Of a stretch of 24,757 bases of DNA, positions 1-8,281 are shown piece after piece. Position numbers and translations under genes: made by a program. Source of the DNA: an uncultured Candidatus Bathyarchaeia archaeon (lineage in GTDB: Archaea; Thermoproteota; Bathyarchaeia; 40CM-2-53-6; CAVXDP01); assembly GCA_964354325.1 (NCBI GenBank), contig CAYGZB010000006.1, positions 1-24,757 of the forward strand. The letters are read 5' to 3'. Within the stretch, counting starts at the first letter, position 1, and the number at the start of each line of letters is the position of its first letter. The notes under the pieces were generated by a model. That model saw nothing but the letters and a program-made list of their open reading frames with translations. It made no database searches and was not told where the DNA came from.

Positions 1-22
1 CTCTGACAGTGACGCAATAGAC

Positions 23-784
23 TCAAGATATGTATGTAAAACGTTCGTCCAGTTTTCTCTCGCTGAGCTGCTGGTCCAGCCTTTCGGACGCTTCTGCCAC
101 CCTCTCTTCCAGTTTTGACATCTTTTCTATCTCTTTTTCCAGATCGCAATAATCCAGTTTGAGGCCAAGTATCCGACTCAGTATCGTGAGAACACTCTTT
201 GCGGCTCTGGGGTCAGGAACATACCCAACGGTCTCTCCAAGCATACAGACCGCATCGAGACCTCGAGCTTCTGCCAATGGGAGTATTAGTCCTGCCACGC
301 CAACGACCGGAATACCCATCTCGTTTATGAGGACCCCAAGTTTTGACAGTCTCTCTGACAACTTGTTGCTTGTGGCTGCACCTACTACTTTCGGTCTTGC
401 CTTTTCGCTTGAACCATATCCACCAACTGTAATGATCAGTCTTGCCGAGTGTTTCGCTGCATACTCAACTATCTTTTCTGCCACCTCGTATTGTCCTATG
501 GCACTTTGGGGTTGGCAGTCCCCAGTAATGATGACGATATCTTTCTTGCCTTCTTTGCTTTTGTAGTGGTAGAATTCGTTTCTCGGCAATCTTGCCACTC
601 CATGCTTATCCACCAATGCATAGTATGGGAAGTGTGGTGAGTGGAGTGTGGCTATCCTTTTTGCATGTGATTGTTTTACGAGGCATAATGCTACAATCGT
701 TCCAATAGAGCCGAGACCTGGTAGCCCTTCTATGATTACTGGCTTATTCGGCTGAGTCTTCCCTTCGTTCACGCAGGTCTTCAT
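23..784 (-). CDS. PAC2-family proteasome assembly chaperone (TIGR00162-like)
   Basis: GLPGLGSIG, GDCQP and GYVPDPRAA motifs; conserved position after aIF2a-Nop10. Start set to the ATG at 784; the ORF track extends to 820. Confidence 0.9.
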   Translation of the reverse strand: MKTCVNEGKTQPNKPVIIEGLPGLGSIGTIVALCLVKQSHAKRIATLHSPHFPYYALVDKHGVARLPRNEFYHYKSKEGKKDIVIITGDCQPQSAIGQYEVAEKIVEYAAKHSARLIITVGGYGSSEKARPKVVGAATSNKLSERLSKLGVLINEMGIPVVGVAGLILPLAEARGLDAVCMLGETVGYVPDPRAAKSVLTILSRILGLKLDYCDLEKEIEKMSKLEERVAEASERLDQQLSERKLDERFTYIS

Positions 785-941
785 CCGTGCTTTCCCTCTC
801 ATAGACTTTGTACTTTGCATACTTGTCAGAGGGCGAAAACTTTGCAGGTTGTGGTGATCTTGTCTCGGTGCCGCACTTAGGACATTTCTCTTTAAGCGTG
901 TAGAGCATGCATGAGCTGCATTGTCTTATTAGCCATCTCAA
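744..941 (-). CDS. nop10: H/ACA RNP protein Nop10
   Basis: CxxC..YTLK..CPKCG..P.PAKFSP.DKY signature; TTG start overlaps the aIF2a TGA stop (TTGA). Confidence 0.92.
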   Translation of the reverse strand: MRWLIRQCSSCMLYTLKEKCPKCGTETRSPQPAKFSPSDKYAKYKVYERESTDEDLRERREDSAE

Positions 942-1720
942 GTGACTCGGCGTCCTTGTCCTCCAGCTTGGTCAATCGTCGACACAGCTTGGTCGATTGC
1001 TTCTTTGAGGACTTTCTCGGCCTCGGAATAGTCCTTTGCAGTGACCTCTATTTGATATTTTGGAGCTCCCACTGCGTAAACCTTGATCGTGCTACTTCGA
1101 GGTTTCTTCGCCTTCTTTGCGTTTAGAAGACCCTTCTTGATGTGCTCAATTCCATCTGGCTTGGAGCATGTAAGCTCCAAAACAGCCTTGCAGATGGCTT
1201 TCTCAGTCTTTATTTTCGTTCTGGCTACTTCGGTGATGACTTTCGCCCAGTTCAGATCAATTCCAATTTTTGCGAAGGTCTCTTCGCCTTCCTCGACTGC
1301 TTCCTGTAGCGCGTCGTAAAGTGATCCGTACTTGTCGAGAATCAGGTTGTTGAGGTTTTCGGCTGAACCTGCATCTAATGAAAGTTTTTCAATTGCGCTT
1401 TTCAGAATCGAATCTGCTTTCTTGTATTTCTTCCATTCGAGCAGTGTTTCCGCTTTTTCTCTTCCAGTGACTCTTCTCAGAGAGAGGTCGACTTGCCCTT
1501 TTTCTGTGTTTATTCTGAGAACCTTGAGAACTAGTTTCTGACCTTCTCTCACGTGGTTCCTTATGTTACGTACCCATGTCGTCGATATCTCTGAAATGTG
1601 GATTAGCCCTTCCTTGTTCTTGTACTCGTCGAGTTTTACATAGGCTCCGTAGTCTGTAACTTTGGTCACAGAAGCTACTACAAGGTCGCCCACGTCAGGA
1701 AATTCTGTTTGCGAAGAGAA
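938..1720 (-). CDS. eif2a: Translation initiation factor 2 subunit alpha (start uncertain: TTC 1720 or GTG 1693)
   Basis: S1 domain (YGAYVKLDEY..KEGLIHISEIS..WVRNIR, VDLSLRRV) and C-terminal GAPKY. The frame is open to the TAG at 1733-1735; the only canonical start is GTG 1693. Confidence 0.95.
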   Translation of the reverse strand, partial: FSSQTEFPDVGDLVVASVTKVTDYGAYVKLDEYKNKEGLIHISEISTTWVRNIRNHVREGQKLVLKVLRINTEKGQVDLSLRRVTGREKAETLLEWKKYKKADSILKSAIEKLSLDAGSAENLNNLILDKYGSLYDALQEAVEEGEETFAKIGIDLNWAKVITEVARTKIKTEKAICKAVLELTCSKPDGIEHIKKGLLNAKKAKKPRSSTIKVYAVGAPKYQIEVTAKDYSEAEKVLKEAIDQAVSTIDQAGGQGRRVT

Positions 1721-1732
1721 CTGTGGAGCCTC

Positions 1733-1927
1733 CTATCCAAGAATCTGAAGTGACTCTCCTTTGATCTCGGCTTTTCCTCCACGAGGAATAGCCAGAACCT
1801 CATCGCAGACGTTGCATCTCACTTCAAGAGAGACTCTGTCAAAAACTATTTGTTCATTCCCACACTTGCCGCACTTCACTTTCATGAATAGGCTTTCAGC
1901 CTTTGGTATCAATTCATCACGTTTCAT
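1733..1927 (-). CDS. rps27e: 30S ribosomal protein eS27 (S27e)
   Basis: F.KVKC.KC.NEQIVF...C.VC...LA.P.GGKA zinc ribbon. Confidence 0.96.
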   Translation of the reverse strand: MKRDELIPKAESLFMKVKCGKCGNEQIVFDRVSLEVRCNVCDEVLAIPRGGKAEIKGESLQILG

Positions 1928-1932
1928 TTGTT

Positions 1933-2211
1933 CTATGCTCCTACTTCCAGTTTTCGAAGTCTAATCCCTAATCTTGTAACTTCAAACCCGCACGTTTTAC
2001 ATTTCATTCTGAGGATCTGCTTCTTTGTGGTTTTCGCTGTTCTCTTTAGTTCAGGCCATTTCTGTCCACCATATCCATGCTTCTCCAGCTCATGTCTTCT
2101 GACACCACCTGCCAGTGAACGCTCTTTTCCTTTCTTGTAGACAGATGCGGAGTGCGGTGAATGCTTCTTGCATTTCGGACAGTATATTTTGGTCTGTTTT
2201 GGAAACTTCAT
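1933..2211 (-). CDS. rpl44e: 50S ribosomal protein eL42 (L44e)
   Basis: YCPKCKKH, GYGGQK, KTTKK..LR.KC..CG motifs. Confidence 0.96.
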   Translation of the reverse strand: MKFPKQTKIYCPKCKKHSPHSASVYKKGKERSLAGGVRRHELEKHGYGGQKWPELKRTAKTTKKQILRMKCKTCGFEVTRLGIRLRKLEVGA

Positions 2212-2256
2212 TTTAAGTCAAACTCGAAGTGGACTATAGACACGGTTTGGTTGCGC

Positions 2257-2264
2257 TATTTATA
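2257..2264 (-). promoter_or_regulatory. Putative TATA box for the L44e-S27e-aIF2a-Nop10-PAC2 operon
   Basis: TATAAATA on the minus strand about 46 nt upstream of the L44e ATG, inside an intergenic gap. Confidence 0.55.
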
Positions 2265-2374
2265 CATTGTTTCATCTTGCAACACGTCCTTGTAACTGTG
2301 TTGTTTCACTCAGCTTGGGATTCAGCTACCTTCCGTAAGAAACCAGAATTATGCGTCAATACCGATTTCAGGAA

Positions 2375-2938
2375 TTATTCGAAGTCGATCTTAAGAGCCG
2401 CTTTTCCTTTGACGAGTATTTCGGCATTCTCGAGGGGAAGCGACACTACATCTTCCGGTTTGAAAGGACCGTATGTCTTGATGTCTGCACCGACAATTGC
2501 CGGCATCTCAGTTAGGATTCTAACAACGATCCGTTTCGGTCTTCCTGTATTCGAACTTCTAAGCGATGCCTTTAGCTCACCAGTGAAGATGCCTTCAATC
2601 ATTGACTGATACAGCTTTGAAATTTCAGTGGCACTATCAAGAATCGCTTTTTCTTCCCCGACAGCCGCGTTTGAAATCGTGTCTGGACTGGTTTCGGACC
2701 CAGCTATCTGAAGTATCTTTCGTAGCCTCAACTGCAAGAGCTCTTTTGACAAGAGTCCTGCACGTTCCAGTTCTCCCTCTCCCAGTTTCACCTTCACGGT
2801 CTTCTCTTCAGTTTTTGCGAAACACTCCCTTAGTTGCCCAAGGTAGTTGGATAAGTCTTGGTAGAAGTTTCTGTCAATTGATTGTAGGGTTGGATTAGAC
2901 TTCTCTCGCTTCCAATACTCATAGATTCTGTCATACAT
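2375..2938 (-). CDS. DNA replication GINS family protein (GINS15/Gins51-like)
   Basis: Helical A domain (FYQDLSNYL..L, LR.RKI) followed by B domain (GADIKTYGPFKPEDVVSLP.ENA); ATG overlaps the PriS stop. Confidence 0.88.
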   Translation of the reverse strand: MYDRIYEYWKREKSNPTLQSIDRNFYQDLSNYLGQLRECFAKTEEKTVKVKLGEGELERAGLLSKELLQLRLRKILQIAGSETSPDTISNAAVGEEKAILDSATEISKLYQSMIEGIFTGELKASLRSSNTGRPKRIVVRILTEMPAIVGADIKTYGPFKPEDVVSLPLENAEILVKGKAALKIDFE

Positions 2939-4178
2939 TCGCTATCACCGGTCTTGCTTTTCCTTTACATATGAGTAAGACAGCCGCTTCCGCCGGCAAT
3001 GTTGCTCGCTGTTTTCTATATGGACCAAAGGTTGTTCCTCCAAGGTTGAATTGCGGAGCCTCGTCTACCTCGATCGTTGTCTCGCCGTCAGTGATTCCGA
3101 GAGCTTGATTGAAGGGATCAAAGGATTCGATATTGTCAACGCCAATCTCCACTGTGCGCATCCCAGTTCTTCCATTCAGGGTTTCCTTTGTTCGAATGAG
3201 TCGATGTACGTCCGTTGTAACAACCGTGTCGACTCTAGCCGAACAGTTTTCGATGGTTCTGTTTATGACTTTCTCCCAGCTCCTGCCAGCCATAGTACGA
3301 GATTCTAATCCATAGATCATGTTTCGCACGTCTTCGTATTGTAAGCTGGGGCCTCTCTCCTGAGTTACCATTTTGGCCACGGACCTCTTTACGCCCAGAC
3401 CAACAAGTTCTTCTGGAGTTCCTTTTCCGAAAACATCGATTAGCTTATGAATGATCCTTCTCTTCCATCCTCTGGTCTCTTCCAAACTCTCAGGAAGGCT
3501 TGGTCTAACAGAGTTTTCTTGCAGAACGTCGATTTCGTCGAGGTCAATTCCAATTCCAAGGACGTAATCAACGATTTCCTTTCTTTCATCGCTGCTCAGA
3601 CTCTGAATCGTGTCCGACATCACATGTACATGATAACCTCTGTGACCCGTAAAGAAGACTTTCAAATCTTTTCTTGAGAACCCATAATCCTCGATCAACA
3701 TGTCAGCAAGCTTCAAGGTTTCATTCTTTGCTTCCTTGATACAAAACCCGCAGATCCACGTACGATCGTCAAATCTGTCACCGTTGCATGAGGGGCAGAC
3801 TTGTGGGGCACCACCTTTTCCCGATCGACCGCATTTCTTGCAGGTCCACTGGTCATGCGTCTCTTTGCAAGGTGTAGGTATATGATCAGCATCGATATCG
3901 AATACCAGATCAGCGCCAAGCCAGCCTTTCTGTTCCATCTCTTCTTCCGGTTTAGAGTAGTAGGCGGTTGAATAGTAAACGTCTGAAGGAGCTGAATCCG
4001 TTATGAATTTTCTGAGGTCACTAACTGACGTGAACTGCCTATGTCTTACCATTACTCTATTCTTGAAGTAGATGAAGCCGAATTCTCGTTTTTCGAATTT
4101 CTCAGGAGGCATAATACGATGCGAGTTCTTTCTGTAGTATTCCCTGAATTTCTCTTCGAGAAACTGGTCAACGCTCAC
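2931..4178 (-). CDS. priS: DNA primase catalytic subunit PriS
   Basis: DLVFDIDADH, FTGHRGYHVH and DTVVTTDVHRLIR motifs. GTG 4178 follows a GGGGTGA SD; alternative start GTG 4187. Confidence 0.95.
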   Translation of the reverse strand: MSVDQFLEEKFREYYRKNSHRIMPPEKFEKREFGFIYFKNRVMVRHRQFTSVSDLRKFITDSAPSDVYYSTAYYSKPEEEMEQKGWLGADLVFDIDADHIPTPCKETHDQWTCKKCGRSGKGGAPQVCPSCNGDRFDDRTWICGFCIKEAKNETLKLADMLIEDYGFSRKDLKVFFTGHRGYHVHVMSDTIQSLSSDERKEIVDYVLGIGIDLDEIDVLQENSVRPSLPESLEETRGWKRRIIHKLIDVFGKGTPEELVGLGVKRSVAKMVTQERGPSLQYEDVRNMIYGLESRTMAGRSWEKVINRTIENCSARVDTVVTTDVHRLIRTKETLNGRTGMRTVEIGVDNIESFDPFNQALGITDGETTIEVDEAPQFNLGGTTFGPYRKQRATLPAEAAVLLICKGKARPVIANV

Positions 4179-5205
4179 TGACGTCACCCCTTCTCCTGAA
4201 GACCCGTCTTCTGTAGTAGGTGAGAGGATGCCTTATCTCCTTGCATAGATTGTCAGGATTCACACAGAGACCATGAGTCTTCAGGGTGTCACATTTGGGC
4301 GGTAGATATCTTGTCTTCACACCCTTTGAACCGCCGATATGTTCAACCTGATACCGCGTCAATCTTTCGCTGAAATCCGTTGCTTCACGAAACATCTTCA
4401 CGAGATCGTCCCGGTTGACTCCAACGTTGAGTAGAAATGACGTCAGCGTGAAACGACCCATGTGAGATAGATGTTTTTTTGAGGATAGCATTTGATTGAG
4501 AGCCTTTACGCACGGTGGCATGGCTTCCGATACCACTACCTTGGGCATCCCTGTAAACGAAACATATTTTCCGGTATCGACTTCTTGCCTTAAGTTCTTG
4601 ATTCGTTCCATAAGAGGTTCAGGAAAAGTCTTGGATGGAGGTCTTATCCTAGAGTACACTTTGTGCTGTATTTCTTCTTCGAGAAGACGCGCTGCCTCCT
4701 CCCAGGTTGCGGAAACAACACCATGGTCAAGCAGACGATTGACGAGTTTCCATCTTGAATCTCGAATATTCTTTGCGTTTCTTATGTAGTCAGTGAAGTG
4801 AATGCTGCACTCGAAGCGTGCCCCGTCTCTTCTTTCTTGGGATGTGGTTTTCCAGCCGAATGTATTTTTTGCAATCTCTAGCATCTTTTCGGGGTTTTCA
4901 TTTCTTAGATGTTCGTAGGCTCTCTTTGACTCTGAGAGCGCATATCTTCTTGTAATCCTATCATTCATCAATTGACTTACGAACATTATTGCTGTTGGAT
5001 AAGATAGAATCTCCACGTTGGTATCTTGCCAATCAGGTGAGACTAAAGCATCCTTCTCGGATTCCCGGATTCTCTCCTCTGCTCTATCCAGAATCGAGTC
5101 GTAGCTTCCAGAAGCTAGTTCGTCTATGCCGATCCTTAGGCTTTTGACGTACTCAGATGCTTCAATTGTGAATGGGTATTTGGCAAGGTCGGTAGTTGTG
5201 AGCAT
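4168..5205 (-). CDS. priL: DNA primase large subunit PriL
   Basis: LAKYPF N-terminus; Fe-S domain PPC...LSHMGRF...DF.E..TRYQVEHI...Y.PPKC..LKTHGLC. Confidence 0.95.
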   Translation of the reverse strand: MLTTTDLAKYPFTIEASEYVKSLRIGIDELASGSYDSILDRAEERIRESEKDALVSPDWQDTNVEILSYPTAIMFVSQLMNDRITRRYALSESKRAYEHLRNENPEKMLEIAKNTFGWKTTSQERRDGARFECSIHFTDYIRNAKNIRDSRWKLVNRLLDHGVVSATWEEAARLLEEEIQHKVYSRIRPPSKTFPEPLMERIKNLRQEVDTGKYVSFTGMPKVVVSEAMPPCVKALNQMLSSKKHLSHMGRFTLTSFLLNVGVNRDDLVKMFREATDFSERLTRYQVEHIGGSKGVKTRYLPPKCDTLKTHGLCVNPDNLCKEIRHPLTYYRRRVFRRRGDVSER

Positions 5206-5216
5206 TCTCTTTGCTC

Positions 5217-5972
5217 TTATTCAGCTTCGATTCTTGGAGCAAGATAGTACAGGAGGTGCCCTTGTTGAGGCATCTCAAATTCAATTTTGATTGGCATATC
5301 GGTCGAGAATTCCATGGTGACGATTTCTGATGCTCCACTTCCTGCTCTTATTATGTTTGCGAGATAGTTGAGGTTGAAGGTTGCTTTTGACGGTTGTTTC
5401 ACGTCTAATTCAAGCATCGCCTCGCTTCCTTTCTCGATTGTCATGTGTACGCTGCTGAGTTCAGTGCTCGTGCTGACAAGAACCTTCTCAGGTGTCGTCT
5501 CCAGTTTGACATTGTCGCTTATCGATTGGGCGTCTTCAATAATATCTCGGAGGCTCTCAGTGGTCATTTTTACTTTTGAATTGAAGACTATCTTGGGTGT
5601 AGGGACTTCTTCTTCAACAGCCTCCAATGTGGGAAGTGTGAACTTCTTTGTGATCTTACCTTTCAAAATTAGGGTTACTTTCTTGGTCGTGTCGTCGTAA
5701 GACATTTCAAGCGTTTCTTCGCTCTTGACTCTTTTGAGAAGTTTTAGCATGTTTGCGAGGTTCACTCTTATTTTGTTGGGGGTTGTACAGGAGAACTTCT
5801 CGAAAGCGGACTTTGGCCATTCAAAGTCGACCATCGCCACATGCGAAGGATCCATCGATCTTACTTTGACTCCTTCTGGAGAAGTGCTGAGGTCAGCCTC
5901 TTCGACAAGTGTTGATATGGCTGTCAGTATGTTCCTCCAGAGTCTTGCATCAGGCAGTGAAGCTTCAAACAA
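5217..5972 (-). CDS. pcn: PCNA sliding clamp
   Basis: SMDPSHVAMVD and YYLAPRIE motifs. Start set to TTG 5972 (MFEASL) after GGTGTGA. Confidence 0.96.
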   Translation of the reverse strand: MFEASLPDARLWRNILTAISTLVEEADLSTSPEGVKVRSMDPSHVAMVDFEWPKSAFEKFSCTTPNKIRVNLANMLKLLKRVKSEETLEMSYDDTTKKVTLILKGKITKKFTLPTLEAVEEEVPTPKIVFNSKVKMTTESLRDIIEDAQSISDNVKLETTPEKVLVSTSTELSSVHMTIEKGSEAMLELDVKQPSKATFNLNYLANIIRAGSGASEIVTMEFSTDMPIKIEFEMPQQGHLLYYLAPRIEAE

Positions 5973-6021
5973 TTTTGTCACACCCAAATCCATGGAGTGT
6001 AGTTGGATATCCATCCAAGTC

Positions 6022-6028
6022 ATTATAA
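6022..6028 (-). promoter_or_regulatory. Putative TATA box for pcn-priL-priS-GINS
   Basis: CCTTATAAT on the minus strand about 50 nt upstream of the PCNA start. Confidence 0.45.
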
Positions 6029-6066
6029 GGTTTGATGCTAGGCAGTTTCACTTGTGAAGCATGAGT

Positions 6067-6390
6067 TTAGGAAGTCTCTCTCCACGTTGTTCCGCAACGA
6101 GTGCATCTTAAGAACTGTGTTGACGATTCATCTGCTCCTCGAGTCTGAACAAGCCAGTAGAAAGCCTCGAAATGTCCGCACTTGGGGCATTCCACTTTCA
6201 TCTTCGGTAATGTCCTAATCTTCTGTTCTTCTTTGCCGATTACAACTATCTTTTCTTTTTCTGGTGCTAGTTTGGATACTGTCTTCTCCGGTTTGCCTGG
6301 TACGTAACCACATTTGGGGCAGTTCAACACAACCTTCTGTTCCTTTCTAACCAGTACGAGAGCTGTACCGCACTTGGAACAGAACTGCAT
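6067..6390 (-). CDS. tfs: Transcription factor S (TFS)
   Basis: Two zinc ribbons; QTRGADE acidic hairpin; FCSKCG N-terminus. Confidence 0.95.
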   Translation of the reverse strand: MQFCSKCGTALVLVRKEQKVVLNCPKCGYVPGKPEKTVSKLAPEKEKIVVIGKEEQKIRTLPKMKVECPKCGHFEAFYWLVQTRGADESSTQFLRCTRCGTTWRETS

Positions 6391-6399
6391 AAGCTTCAG

Positions 6400-6975
6400 C
6401 TACCTAGAAATCGACCCGATCTTTCTTCGTGAGCGCAATTTAATCTTTTTGGAATCGCTTGCACGCAGCCGATTGAAGGTTGATGCAAACAACCTTGCCA
6501 CTCTGATTGGCTCTGGAATATCAATCGTGCACGACATTTTGACCACGCTTTTCGCATCGGCTGAGTCTAAGCCGACCCGGTATATCTGAAGCGGTTTCTT
6601 CTTCGATGTCAGCAATATGGACATGGGTTCGCCAACGCCTTTCAGCAATTTCGTTCCCTTTGTTCTTCTGGAGACGGCAATAACCGGGATACTTGTTTTA
6701 TTGTTAAGAGATCCTACGTCAACTACGCTGTGGTTTCCAAAGATTATGCCATCAGTCATGATCAGTCTGATCTGTTCAGAATATGGAGATGATGTGATCA
6801 TTCGTGCAATTTGATCGGTTGGATTAACTCCGTTTCTTCGCATCGGTATTCTCATAACACCTTCGAGCCAATGACCTCCTCGGAACACAACACCAATGAC
6901 TTCCGTCGCTCGTTTTGGGTCTCGGTCTTGAGAAAAGCCGTCCGAGATTCCCAGTATGCGAATTCCCTTTTTCAT
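6400..6975 (-). CDS. DUF99 / endonuclease V-like family protein
   Basis: RILGISDGF, GVVFRGG.WLEGV, DGIIFG and IPEPIRVA motifs; conserved position next to TFS. Confidence 0.8.
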   Translation of the reverse strand: MKKGIRILGISDGFSQDRDPKRATEVIGVVFRGGHWLEGVMRIPMRRNGVNPTDQIARMITSSPYSEQIRLIMTDGIIFGNHSVVDVGSLNNKTSIPVIAVSRRTKGTKLLKGVGEPMSILLTSKKKPLQIYRVGLDSADAKSVVKMSCTIDIPEPIRVARLFASTFNRLRASDSKKIKLRSRRKIGSISR

Positions 6976-6989
6976 CTATTTCAGCGTCT

Positions 6990-7373
6990 TCAGTGATTTC
7001 TCATTCTTTCAAGAATACTCTTCACGAGCTGGGTTGCGGCTTCCGTTAAGTCATCAGAATTCTTTGAAATGATATCCACCATTTCATCCAATTCGAGAGA
7101 TTTTCTCATCCAAGAATCGACAACCAGGGCTTCGATAACGTTGGCAACCTCCCCTCTCTTGATTCTCCTAGGTAGAAGGGGCCTTATTCCAGAGTTCTTC
7201 GCGGCTTCAAACAGAATCCTATCGCTGACTTTCACTCCGACAGGTATTCCGCTTGCTTTCGTCAACGCTAGAGAGAATAGGAAGTTTACGTAAGCGTCTC
7301 CCAGTCTCGCAAGACTGCGGTTCTTGAGAATCTGCTGAAACTCGGAGTTACTTAATAGATCGTCCAGTGACAA
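6990..7373 (-). CDS. Archaeal RNase III-like domain protein
   Basis: LARLGDAYVNF and ANVIEAL motifs. Start uncertain (TTG 7373, 7433 or 7451). Confidence 0.75.
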   Translation of the reverse strand: MSLDDLLSNSEFQQILKNRSLARLGDAYVNFLFSLALTKASGIPVGVKVSDRILFEAAKNSGIRPLLPRRIKRGEVANVIEALVVDSWMRKSLELDEMVDIISKNSDDLTEAATQLVKSILERMRNH

Positions 7374-7404
7374 CGAGGCTTCATCTGGAAAGAGAAAGAC
7401 TGCT

Positions 7405-7692
7405 CTATGCCTTTGATCCTCTGCTTTCAGCAAATTTCTCGGAGAGTTCAACGGCCCTTTCCTTTATCTTCGCCAGCGCACGGTTCAAGGCCTTTGTTGG
7501 AGATTTCTCTCCTTTCATTCTTATGTAGACTACGGGTGATGGAACGAGTGGATGAGGTTGATCATAGCCTGCTATTTCCACATCGTTATCCTCTAGCAAG
7601 GTCTGTTGAAGAAGGTTACAGAACGTATGTCCTTCACCATAGATCTGGATCTTCAATTCATTCTTGGTGTCCTTCAGTGTCTTGATTTCCAA
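7405..7692 (-). CDS. rpoL: RNA polymerase subunit Rpo11 (L)
   Basis: GEGHTFCNLL and AGY..PHPL motifs; TTG start after a GAGGAG SD. Confidence 0.95.
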   Translation of the reverse strand: MEIKTLKDTKNELKIQIYGEGHTFCNLLQQTLLEDNDVEIAGYDQPHPLVPSPVVYIRMKGEKSPTKALNRALAKIKERAVELSEKFAESRGSKA

Positions 7693-7705
7693 GGGAAACT
7701 TCTCC

Positions 7706-8281
7706 TCATATCATGTCCTTTCCATAGTCATCGGCCAGTTTCCTTCTTTCAACATTCATGCATGTTTGACATTGAAGAACAGAACCCTTAAGAATCAACG
7801 GGTCACCGCATCTTGAACACGAGGCCTTTATGACTCCTAAGCCTCTTCCTATGGTTGTAAGCTGAGGTACACGGTTCTTTATGTTTACCACTCTGGCTCT
7901 TACGACGTCTGCAGCCCTGCAAACCTCAACCATTACACGCTCGTACCTGGGGCTGGAGGTGGAGATATGTAGAAGAGCTGTAAACGGATTAGAGGCAATT
8001 CTGTCACCTATCTTGAAAAGATTCAGAGTGGCCATCTTCCCTTGAGCAGTTGCGACCGTGCCTATGACCGTGTCACCTTCCATTGGAACCAGAGGGCGCT
8101 TAACGGTTGGATCTACAGATACGGTTTTGTTTATCGTATCTCTAACAGTGTACCCAGTTAGTTCTGAGTATATGGTTCCATCTCGTTCATAGGTTCCAGG
8201 TCCAGGCATGAACTCTTCTACCACACCCAGCTTTGCACCTGGCACTACGAATTGTATCTCGCTACTGTTTTTCGGCTGCAT
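7706..8281 (-). CDS. csl4: Exosome RNA-binding subunit Csl4
   Basis: VVPG.KLG..EEF.PG.GTY, S1 domain and C-terminal zinc ribbon (CSRCG...CQTC...ERRKLA). Start set to ATG 8281. Confidence 0.93.
   Translation of the reverse strand: MQPKNSSEIQFVVPGAKLGVVEEFMPGPGTYERDGTIYSELTGYTVRDTINKTVSVDPTVKRPLVPMEGDTVIGTVATAQGKMATLNLFKIGDRIASNPFTALLHISTSSPRYERVMVEVCRAADVVRARVVNIKNRVPQLTTIGRGLGVIKASCSRCGDPLILKGSVLQCQTCMNVERRKLADDYGKDMI

Noticed and set aside
1733-1735. Pyrrolysine or genome-wide TAG recoding
   Set aside because: TAG is the normal stop for rpl44e, rpoL, srp54 and others here, and no pyl genes are in the window.
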